From NCBI RefSeq assembly GCF_000023205.1, contig NC_012803.1, positions 1,260,001 through 1,292,000 on the forward strand: a stretch of 32,000 nt of DNA, read 5' to 3'. Shown here piece by piece: positions 18,045 through 25,483 of the stretch. Each line of letters begins with the position of its first letter. Position 1 is the stretch's first letter. This stretch comes from Micrococcus luteus NCTC 2665 (lineage in GTDB: Bacteria; Actinomycetota; Actinomycetes; Actinomycetales; Micrococcaceae). The notes below the pieces were generated by a model. That model saw only the letters and a list, made by a program, of their open reading frames with translations. It made no database searches and had not been told where the DNA came from. The translations under genes were made by a program, and so were the position numbers.

Positions 18045-19109
18045 ATGACCGAACCCACCGGCGTGAGCGCGCGCCGCGGCCCCCTGCGGGCCGGCCAGCG
18101 CGTGCAGATCAAGGACGCGAAGGGCCGCCTCAACACGATCACCCTGCTGCCCGGCGGGGAGTTCCACAGCTACCAGGGCGTGCTGCGGCACGACGACCTG
18201 ATCGGCGGCTTCGAGGGCGTCGTGGTCGAGAACTCGGCCGGCCAGCCGTACCAGGTGCTGCGCCCCCTGCTGAACGACTTCGTCCTGTCCATGCCCCGCG
18301 GCGCCACGGTGGTCTACCCGAAGGACGCGGCGCAGATCGTGCAGCAGGCGGACATCTTCCCGGGCGCCGTCGTGGTCGAGGCCGGCGTGGGCTCCGGCGC
18401 CCTGTCGATGTCTCTGCTGCGCGCCGTGGGCGACCACGGTCGCCTGCACTCCTACGAGCGCCGCCCGGAGTTCGCGGACGTCGCCCGGGCCAATGTGGAG
18501 GCCTTCTTCGGCGCCGAGCATCCCGCCTGGTCGGTGCATCTCGGCGACGCGCAGGAGGAGATGCCCAAGGTCCACGAGCCGGGCTCCGTGGACCGGGTGG
18601 TCCTGGACATGCTGGCCCCCTGGGAATGCCTCGACGCCGTCGCCGAGGTCCTGGCCCCCGGCGGTGTGTGGCTGAACTACGTGGCCACCGCCACCCAGCT
18701 CTCCCGCGTGGCCGAGGCCATCCGGGACTCGGGCCGGTTCACGCAGGTCGAGGCCAACGAGACGCTCGTGCGCGGCTGGCACCTGGACGGGCTCGCCGTG
18801 CGCCCCGACCACCGCATGGTCGCGCACACCGGCTTCCTCCTCACGGCCCGCCGCCTGGCCTCGGGCGAGGAGGCGCTGCGGCTGAAGAAGCGCTCCAAGG
18901 TCTCCGAGTTCAAGGCCGAGGACGTCGAGGCCTGGCAGCCGGCCGACGAGGCCCGGTGGACGCCCGAGGCCCTCGGCGAACGGCCGGTCACGGACAAGAA
19001 GGCGCGCAAGGCGGCGAAGGAGGCCCGCCTCATGGCCGCGCGGTCACGCGCCGCCGAGCAGGGCGTGGACGCGTACGGTGGGAGGACCCCGACCGGGGAG
19101 CAGGACTGA
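18045..19109 (+). CDS. trmI: tRNA (adenine58-N1)-methyltransferase TrmI (Rv2118c-like) with a basic C-terminal tail
   Basis: SAM-binding motif VVEAGVGSGALS, the TrmI N-terminal beta domain, and GAAGGAG 6 nt before the ATG. About 80 extra Lys/Arg/Ala-rich C-terminal residues follow the core. Confidence 0.9.
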   Translation: MTEPTGVSARRGPLRAGQRVQIKDAKGRLNTITLLPGGEFHSYQGVLRHDDLIGGFEGVVVENSAGQPYQVLRPLLNDFVLSMPRGATVVYPKDAAQIVQQADIFPGAVVVEAGVGSGALSMSLLRAVGDHGRLHSYERRPEFADVARANVEAFFGAEHPAWSVHLGDAQEEMPKVHEPGSVDRVVLDMLAPWECLDAVAEVLAPGGVWLNYVATATQLSRVAEAIRDSGRFTQVEANETLVRGWHLDGLAVRPDHRMVAHTGFLLTARRLASGEEALRLKKRSKVSEFKAEDVEAWQPADEARWTPEALGERPVTDKKARKAAKEARLMAARSRAAEQGVDAYGGRTPTGEQD

Positions 19110-20864
19110 GTGGACGGAGCACCGGTGGACCACCACGCGCAATCAGGCACGGAGCACGCCGAGCAGCGCCTCGCCGAGGCGCGGGAGCTGCTGCGGCAGT
19201 CCCAGGCCGAGGCCGAACGGCTGCGGCACCAGCTGCAGTCCGCCCAGCGGCACGCCGCCGGCCTGAGCGAACGCCGTCGGGCCGCCGAGGCCCAGACGCA
19301 GACGGCCGCCCGCAACAACCGGCGCATGGTCGAGCTGCTCGAGGCCACGCGCGCCGAGATCGCCACGCTCAAGGAGAACCTGGACGCCGTCACGCATCCG
19401 CCGTTCACCTTCGCCACCCTCGAGGCCGTCCACGCCCCGCGCGAGCCCGAGGAGGGCGTGGAGACCGGCGCCGTGGTGCGCGGGGGAGCGGACGTCGTGC
19501 AGAACGGCCGGCGGCTGCGCGTGACGGTCTCCCCACTGCTCGACGCCGCCCGCCTCACCCCCGGCGCCCAGGTGCTGCTGGACGAGTCCAGCTCGATCGT
19601 CGGCGTCGCCCCGGGCACGGGGTCGGGTCAGCTGCTGCGCGTCAAGGAGGCGCTGCCCGACGGCGGCCTCGTCCTGGCCGGCACGGCGGACGAGGAGCGC
19701 GTGGTGCGGCGCGCGCCGGCGCTGGAGGGCGTCGAGCTGCGCCACGGGGACGCCGTCACCGTGGACGCCCGCGTCGAATGGGCGCTGCGGCGGGTCGAGC
19801 TGTCCGAGGTGGACGAGGTGCTGCTCGAAGAGGTCCCGGACGTCACGTTCGAGGACATCGGCGGCCTCGGCCCGCAGATCGACCGGATCCGCGAGGCCGT
19901 CGAGATCCCGTTCCTGCACCCCGAGGTCTACCGCGAGCACGGCCTGCGCGCCCCCAAGGGGATCATGCTGTACGGCCCGCCCGGCACCGGCAAGACCATG
20001 CTCGCCAAGGCCGTGGCCAACGCCCTCTCGGCCCGCAGCGCGGACGGCGAGCGCTCGTTCTTCCTCAACGTCAAGGGGCCCGAGCTGCTGAACAAGTACG
20101 TGGGCGAGACCGAGCGGCAGATCCGCGTCATCTTCGACCGGGCCCGCGAGAAGGCCGACGCCGGCTTCCCCGTGGTCATCTTCTTCGACGAGATGGAGTC
20201 GCTGTTCCGCACGCGCGGCTCCGGCGTCTCCTCGGACGTGGAGACCACGATCGTCCCGCAGCTGCTCACCGAGATCGACGGCGTCGAGGCCCTCGAGAAC
20301 GTGATCGTCATCGGCGCCTCCAACCGCGAGGACATGATCGACCCGGCCGTGCTCCGCCCCGGCCGGCTGGACGTGAAGATCCGCGTGGACCGTCCCGACG
20401 CCGCCGGCGCCGCGGAGATCATGGCCAAGCACCTCACCGCGGACGTGCCCCTGCACGCCGACGACGTCGCCGCGGCCGGCTCCGCGGACGCGGCCCGCGG
20501 GACGCTCATCGCGCGGACGGTCGCCGCCCTCTACGACCGCGGCGCGGGCACCGCGCTGGCGGAGCTGACGGACGTGTCCGGCACGACCCACGCCCTGCAC
20601 CTGGCCGACCTCGTGTCGGGCGCCGTGGTGGCCGACGTCGTGGACCGGGCCAAGCGGCACGCGGTCCGCGACTACCTGGCCGCCGGCCAGGCCCCGGCCG
20701 CGCTCGGCGTCCGCGAGGGCCACCTGCGCGAGGCCGTGGCCGCGGTGCTCGAGGACCAGACGGACCTGCTGGCCACGGTCGCGCCCGCCGAGTGGGCGCG
20801 CACCTCCGGCTGGCGCGGTCCTCGGCTGCGCTCGCTGCGCATGGTCCGGGGGGTCGAGGCATGA
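19110..20864 (+). CDS. arc: AAA+ ATPase ARC/Mpa (proteasome-associated ATPase homologue)
   Basis: N-terminal coiled coil, OB region, Walker A GPPGTGKT and Walker B VIFFDEMES. Synteny is trmI-arc-dop. The GTG start abuts the trmI stop, with GTG 19125 as an alternative. The C-terminus is ...LRMVRGVEA. Confidence 0.95.
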   Translation: MDGAPVDHHAQSGTEHAEQRLAEARELLRQSQAEAERLRHQLQSAQRHAAGLSERRRAAEAQTQTAARNNRRMVELLEATRAEIATLKENLDAVTHPPFTFATLEAVHAPREPEEGVETGAVVRGGADVVQNGRRLRVTVSPLLDAARLTPGAQVLLDESSSIVGVAPGTGSGQLLRVKEALPDGGLVLAGTADEERVVRRAPALEGVELRHGDAVTVDARVEWALRRVELSEVDEVLLEEVPDVTFEDIGGLGPQIDRIREAVEIPFLHPEVYREHGLRAPKGIMLYGPPGTGKTMLAKAVANALSARSADGERSFFLNVKGPELLNKYVGETERQIRVIFDRAREKADAGFPVVIFFDEMESLFRTRGSGVSSDVETTIVPQLLTEIDGVEALENVIVIGASNREDMIDPAVLRPGRLDVKIRVDRPDAAGAAEIMAKHLTADVPLHADDVAAAGSADAARGTLIARTVAALYDRGAGTALAELTDVSGTTHALHLADLVSGAVVADVVDRAKRHAVRDYLAAGQAPAALGVREGHLREAVAAVLEDQTDLLATVAPAEWARTSGWRGPRLRSLRMVRGVEA

Positions 20865-22588
20865 GCGCGTTCGGCCGCGGGACCGCAAACGGCTTCGCCC
20901 GGGCCGCCGCCGTCGACGTCGGCCCGACCCCCGCCTTCGAGGGCCAGCGTCGGCTGTTCCACGGCGCGGCCGTGCCCCCGAACGGGCGGGACGCCGCCGG
21001 CTGGGGCGTGCACCGGGTGATGGGCACGGAGACCGAGTTCGGCATCCACGCGCCGGCCAACCCGGGGGCGCACCACAGCGTGCTCTCGGTGGAGCTCGTC
21101 AACGCGTACGCGGACCTGGTCACCCGCTCCGGCTCGGCGGTGGCCGGCACGGAGTGGGACTACACGGGGGAGTCGCCGCTCGTGGACGCGCGAGGCTGGC
21201 GGCTGCCGCGTTCGGCGGCGCACCCCTCGCAGCTGACCGACGAGGCGCTCGTGGGCCCGGACGGGGAGCCCGTGCACCTGCTGCTGTCCACCGTGCTGGC
21301 CAACGGCGCGCGCTGGTACGTGGACCACGCGCACCCGGAGTACTCGTCGCCGGAGACGACCACCCCGCGGGACGCCATGGTCTGGGACGCCGCCGGGGAC
21401 CTGGTCGCGCAGGCGGCGGCCGAGCACATCGGCCAGGCCGAGGGCGCCCCGGAGGTGCTGGTCTACAAGAACAACGTGGACGGCAAGGGCCAGTCCTACG
21501 GCGCGCACGAGAACTACCTCGTGGCCCGGTCCCTCGACTTCGAGGAGCTCGCCGCCGTCCTGCTGCCGTTCTTCGCGGCGCGGCAGGTGCTGGTGGGCGC
21601 GGGCCGCGTGGGACTCGGCCCGGCGGGGGAGCGGCCGGGCTTCCAGCTGTCCCAGCGGGCCGACTACTTCGAGGAGCCCGTGGGGCTGGAGACCACGATC
21701 CACCGGCCGATCGTCAACACGCGGGACGAGCCGCACGCCCGTCCCGAGGCCTACCGCCGACTCCACGTGATCATCGGTGACGCGACGCTGAGCCAGCACG
21801 CCACGTGGCTGCGGATGGGCATGACCGCGCTCGTCCTCGCGATGGCCGAGGGCGGGACGGCACCCCGGCTCACCCTGGACGACCCGGTGGCCGCGCTGCA
21901 GACGATCAGCCAAAACCCGGGCCTGCGGGCCACGGTGCCGCTGCTCGAACACACCGCGGACGGCCCCGTGCGCCGGCACTGGACCGGGCTGCAGATCCTG
22001 CGGTCCTACCTGGACGCGGCCCGCGCCCACTGCGCCGCCTTCGGGGTGACGGATCCGCAGACGCGCGAGGTGCTGGAGGCCTGGGCCATCGACCTCGACG
22101 ACGCCACCGCGGATCCCCTGTCCCTGAGCGACCGCGCCGACTGGGCCGCCAAGCTGCGCGTCCTCGAGGGCCTGCGGGCCCGCGCGGGTGCGGACTGGAC
22201 CGACCCCCGCCTCGCGATGGTGGACCTGCAGTACGCCGACCTGCGCCCGGCCCGCTCCCTGCACCGCCGGCTCGTGGCCGCCGGCGCGCTCCGGACGCTC
22301 GCCGACGAGGCGGAGATCCGTGCCGCCGTCGCCACGCCGCCGCGGGCCACCCGCGCGTGGACCCGCGGCAACCTCGTGGGCCGCCACGGTGACCGCGTGG
22401 CCGGCGCCGCGTGGGAGACGCTGCTGCTGCGCGGGGCGGGGGAGCGGGTGCACCGGCTGCACCTGGCCGAGCCGCTGGTCGGCGCCGCCGTGGACCTGCC
22501 CGGCTGGTGGGAGGACGCCGCCGCGCCCCGGCCCGACGACGAGGCGCTCGTGGCCACGCTGCCGCCGCTGTTCGGCGCGCGGGCCTGA
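20861..22588 (+). CDS. dop: Pup deamidase/depupylase Dop
   Basis: The conserved core begins at VHRVMGTETEFGI (GTG 21008 / ATG 21020), followed by YVDHAHPEYSSPE, GAHENYL and HVIIGDA. The start was called at ATG 20861, which overlaps the arc stop (ATGA). That start adds about 49 N-terminal residues and is uncertain. Confidence 0.92.
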   Translation: MSAFGRGTANGFARAAAVDVGPTPAFEGQRRLFHGAAVPPNGRDAAGWGVHRVMGTETEFGIHAPANPGAHHSVLSVELVNAYADLVTRSGSAVAGTEWDYTGESPLVDARGWRLPRSAAHPSQLTDEALVGPDGEPVHLLLSTVLANGARWYVDHAHPEYSSPETTTPRDAMVWDAAGDLVAQAAAEHIGQAEGAPEVLVYKNNVDGKGQSYGAHENYLVARSLDFEELAAVLLPFFAARQVLVGAGRVGLGPAGERPGFQLSQRADYFEEPVGLETTIHRPIVNTRDEPHARPEAYRRLHVIIGDATLSQHATWLRMGMTALVLAMAEGGTAPRLTLDDPVAALQTISQNPGLRATVPLLEHTADGPVRRHWTGLQILRSYLDAARAHCAAFGVTDPQTREVLEAWAIDLDDATADPLSLSDRADWAAKLRVLEGLRARAGADWTDPRLAMVDLQYADLRPARSLHRRLVAAGALRTLADEAEIRAAVATPPRATRAWTRGNLVGRHGDRVAGAAWETLLLRGAGERVHRLHLAEPLVGAAVDLPGWWEDAAAPRPDDEALVATLPPLFGARA

Positions 22589-22603
22589 GGCGAGGGCGGG
22601 CGC

Positions 22604-23174
22604 TCAGCCCGTGACGGGCGCGCGCACGCGGCCCAGCAGGGCGTCCGCCCGCGCGACGAGACGGTCCGCCCGGTCGACGTCGGTGCGCACGATGCCCTCC
22701 AGGCCCTCGTCGCGGAGGGGGCCCAGGTTGGTCTCGAGGGTCACCGCGGCGGCGGTGAGGCCGCCCCGGACGCAGCCGAGCGCCGCACCGACGTCGGAGA
22801 GCACGTTCGGGTTCGCCGCGTCCAGCACACGCTCGGCCAGGTCCAGTGCGCGCTCGGCGGCGTCGACGATCCCGCGGGGTGGCCGGACGGCCTCGGCCAG
22901 GGCGGCCTGGATCGCGGCCGAGCGCCGGGCCCGGTCCCCCGGGGTGTCGCGGGGCAGCCCGAACGCCTCGGCCACGGCGCCGAAGCCCCGCTCGTCGCCG
23001 TCGGCGAGGCCGAGGCACGCCGCGATCAGGCCCTCCGATGCCCGGGCGTCCTCCTCGGTCCCGCTGAACCGGGCCGCCATGGCCAGCAGTCCGGCGCCCT
23101 CGGCGACCGCCAGCGCGCCCGTCGCGCCGCCACCGGGGGTGGGCTCGCCGGAGGCGAGGCGGCCCAGGTATCCC
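22604..23174 (-). pseudogene. cyclodeaminase/cyclohydrolase (FTCD_C-like) family gene, 3' portion, severed from its start by the IS insertion
   Basis: The frame continues upstream of the track ORF (M at 23080) as ..YLGRLASGEPTPGGGATGALAVAEGAGLLAMAARF, the family N-terminal helix motif. It then runs into the IS end at 23175. Confidence 0.8.
23167..23174. repeat. Target-site duplication, copy 1 (GGTATCCC)
   Basis: It is identical to the 8-mer at 24632-24639 and immediately flanks the IS terminal inverted repeat. Confidence 0.85.
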
Positions 23175-24631
23175 GGCTCATCCGAATCCAGGGTGTAGTC
23201 GGGGTCTGAACCCGCCGGTCTCGAGCAGGGATCTGGCGATGTAGTTGGTCAGGTTGCGGAACCCCAGCGCCGAGCCGCGCAGGTGCTCGAGCCTGCCGTT
23301 GATCGCCTCGGTGGGCCCGTTGGAGGTGCTGGGCCGGTCGAAGTAGGCCAGGACGTCGGCGGCGCGCTTCTTCAGCGTCCTGCCGAGCTTGGTGATCTCG
23401 ACCAGGGCCTTGGGGACGCCGGTGCTGATCGAGTCGATGAGCCGGGCCATCAGCTCGCGGCCGTGGCGCCGGTTCTCGTGGCGGTAGGCGGCGATCATGC
23501 GCTGGTAGACGCTCCAGGTGACCTCGACCTCGACGTGGGCGTCGTCGGCGAACAGGGTGTCCAGTCGGTCCTTCTGCTTGTCGTTGAGCAGGTCGACGCC
23601 GGTGGACAGGGTCCGGCGGGCGGCATAGAGCGGGTCGCCCTTGCGGCCGCGGTGCCCACAGATGGCCTGCTGAACTCGCCGTCGGCACTCATCGAGCGCC
23701 TCGCCAGCGAGGCGCGTGACGTGGAAGGGATCTAGCACGGTCACCACGTCGGGCAGTTCCTCGACGGCGGCGGTCTTGAACCCGGTGAAGCCGTCCATCG
23801 CGACCACCTCCACGCCGTCGCGCCAGTCCTGCGGGCGGTCGGCCAGCCAGGTCTTGAACGCCTGCTTGGAGCGTCCTTCGACCATGTCCAGCAGCCGTGC
23901 CGGGCCGGTGCCATCTCGCACTGGGGTGAGGTCGATGATCACGGTGACGTACCTGTCGCCGCGACGGGTGTGCCTCCACACGTGCTCATCGACCCCGACG
24001 ACCTTCACCCCCTCGAAGCGGTGCTCCTCGTCGATCAGCACCCGCTTGCCCTCGGCCAGAACGGCGTCGTTGGCGGTGTCCCAGGCCACCCCGAGCCCCT
24101 CGGCAACCCGAGCCACGGTCAGGTGCTGGACCACGATCCCTTCCAGCGCCCACCGCAGAGCGCGCCGAGACAACTTGGCCCGGGGCTCGGCCGCGGCGGT
24201 GGTGTCCTGGCGCCACACATACCCGCAGCCGCTGCAGCGGTAACGGCGCACGACGACCTCCAGCGTCGTGGGCCGCCAGCCCAGTGGTTCGTGGGCAAGC
24301 CGTCGGACCACGGTGTCACGTGGTCTCCCTTCGCAGCCGCAGCGCCGGCACCACTGGTCGGGCTCGACCACCTGACAGGCCAATACGGCACGATCCGGCT
24401 CGAGTCGCTGCCCGGTGACAACGAGGCCGAGTTCGTCGAGGCGGCAGAAGGCAGTCAGGTCGGGGCTGGCGAACGCATCAGCGCGCCCGCCGACGGTAGC
24501 GTCGTGCACGTCGAGGTCTTTCGGGCTGAGTGTGTAGGAGCTCTCATCCTCGGGAGACCTCGACCTCTATCCGGCCACCGACGCGCCGGCCCGCCGCGCG
24601 ACGTGCGCTACACCCTCATCTGGGAAGAGCC
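23175..24631 (-). mobile_element. ISL3-family insertion sequence, 1457 bp, apparently intact
   Basis: The terminal inverted repeats are GGCTCATCCGAATCCAGGGTGTAG (23175-23198) and the reverse complement of 24608-24631, GGCTCTTCCCAGATGAGGGTGTAG (18/24 identical, with the GGCTC tips typical of ISL3). The element has an 8-bp direct repeat GGTATCCC on both flanks, a single transposase ORF, and visibly lower GC than its surroundings. Confidence 0.9.
23178..24509 (-). CDS. ISL3 family transposase
   Basis: 443 aa. N-terminal zinc-finger CRRCGC...CSGCGY, a DDE domain (VGVDEHVW, VAMDGFTGFK) and a C-terminal SNGPTEAINGRLEHLR motif. GTG start. The ORF ends 3 nt inside the IS terminus. Confidence 0.92.
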   Translation of the reverse strand: MHDATVGGRADAFASPDLTAFCRLDELGLVVTGQRLEPDRAVLACQVVEPDQWCRRCGCEGRPRDTVVRRLAHEPLGWRPTTLEVVVRRYRCSGCGYVWRQDTTAAAEPRAKLSRRALRWALEGIVVQHLTVARVAEGLGVAWDTANDAVLAEGKRVLIDEEHRFEGVKVVGVDEHVWRHTRRGDRYVTVIIDLTPVRDGTGPARLLDMVEGRSKQAFKTWLADRPQDWRDGVEVVAMDGFTGFKTAAVEELPDVVTVLDPFHVTRLAGEALDECRRRVQQAICGHRGRKGDPLYAARRTLSTGVDLLNDKQKDRLDTLFADDAHVEVEVTWSVYQRMIAAYRHENRRHGRELMARLIDSISTGVPKALVEITKLGRTLKKRAADVLAYFDRPSTSNGPTEAINGRLEHLRGSALGFRNLTNYIARSLLETGGFRPRLHPGFG

Positions 24632-24662
24632 GGTATCCCTCGATGCTCTCGTCGCGGATCAT
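24632..24662 (-). pseudogene. 5' fragment (start codon plus first 10 codons) of the IS-interrupted cyclodeaminase-family gene; includes TSD copy 2
   Basis: ATG at 24662, reading MIRDESIEGY, then the IS. Removing the IS and one TSD copy restores MIRDESIEGYLGRLASGEPTPGGG..., an intact 197-codon ORF ending at 22604. Confidence 0.8.
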
Positions 24663-24702
24663 GCCCCCACGGTGCCAGACCGGGCCCGACCGCGGCCCGC
24701 CC

Positions 24703-25167
24703 TCAGGCGCGCTCCCAGGAGGCGACCGGCCCAGGGACGATCGTGAACAGCGGGTGCACGTCGGGGACGGGCGTGTCCGACCACTGTTCGAGCCAGGCGG
24801 GGCTGCGCACGGCCAGCTTGGCGCACAGGTGACGCCACTCCAGGTCGCGCTGGCCCGTGGTGGCCGGGATCGGCGCGAGACCGGCCGGCGGGATGCGCAC
24901 GGCGCCGTCGGGGGCGGGGCACGGCCGGTCGATCCGGGAGTGGTCGAAGCGATAGCCGCGCGCCGTGGCCTCGGCCTCGAGGCCGGAGAGGAACGCACCG
25001 ATCGCGCCGGACGGGTCCGGGTGCTCCCGGAACCTCAGCAGCTGCGGGTGGTCCCGATACCCGCGCGTGCGGCCGGCCAGGACGGCCTGCGCGAGCAGGG
25101 CCTCGCGCCAGGCGCCCGTCAGGCCCTGGCGGTCGAGGTGGCGGGGGTGAAGGGTCCACAGGCGCAT
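24703..25167 (-). CDS. pyrimidine dimer DNA glycosylase / endonuclease V (T4 DenV-like, Pyr_excise family)
   Basis: 154 aa. MRLWTLHPRHLDRQGLTGAWREALLAQAVLAGRTRGYRDHPQLLRF matches the bacterial DenV-like family N-terminus. ATG at 25167 with a GGGGG purine tract upstream. This is only the 3' end of the 930-aa track ORF. Confidence 0.8.
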   Translation of the reverse strand: MRLWTLHPRHLDRQGLTGAWREALLAQAVLAGRTRGYRDHPQLLRFREHPDPSGAIGAFLSGLEAEATARGYRFDHSRIDRPCPAPDGAVRIPPAGLAPIPATTGQRDLEWRHLCAKLAVRSPAWLEQWSDTPVPDVHPLFTIVPGPVASWERA

Positions 25168-25291
25168 GCCCCCATCCTGCCAGCGTGGGGCAACCCGGGG
25201 ACGTGGGGCTGAAACGTGGCCCGCGCGTGGGGCAGGATGGGTGGACGCGGACGGAGCACACCGACCCGCGTCGACGCACGAGGAGGCCACC

Positions 25292-25483
25292 ATGTCCCAG
25301 GAGCAGATCCGCCCACGCCCGTCCGGCGGCGACGACGAGACCGGCGCCGCGGCGGGCCGGGCACACGTGAAGCCCGCGGCCCAGGACCAGGGCCTGGACA
25401 GCCTGCTGGACGAGATCGACTCGGTGCTGGAGTCCAATGCCGAGGAGTTCGTCAAGGGCTTCGTCCAGAAGGGCGGCCAGTGA
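25292..25483 (+). CDS. pup: prokaryotic ubiquitin-like protein Pup
   Basis: 63 aa, MSQEQIRPRP...GLDSLLDEIDSVLESNAEEFVKGFVQKGGQ, with a canonical C-terminal GGQ. AGGAGG lies 5 nt upstream of the ATG. Confidence 0.95.
   Translation: MSQEQIRPRPSGGDDETGAAAGRAHVKPAAQDQGLDSLLDEIDSVLESNAEEFVKGFVQKGGQ

Noticed and set aside
18626-20860. N-terminal 745 codons of the 1320-aa ORF 18626..22588
   Set aside because: This part is out of frame over trmI and arc, with an Arg/Pro/Gly-rich translation. Only the portion from 20861 (Dop) is credible.
22604-23080. The 158-aa track ORF taken as an intact gene
   Set aside because: The family-typical N-terminal helix (GEPTPGGGATGALAVAEGAGLLA) lies upstream of that Met in the same frame. 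The true start is on the far side of the IS (24662). It is therefore annotated as an IS-disrupted pseudogene, although a truncated product from Met 23080 cannot be excluded.
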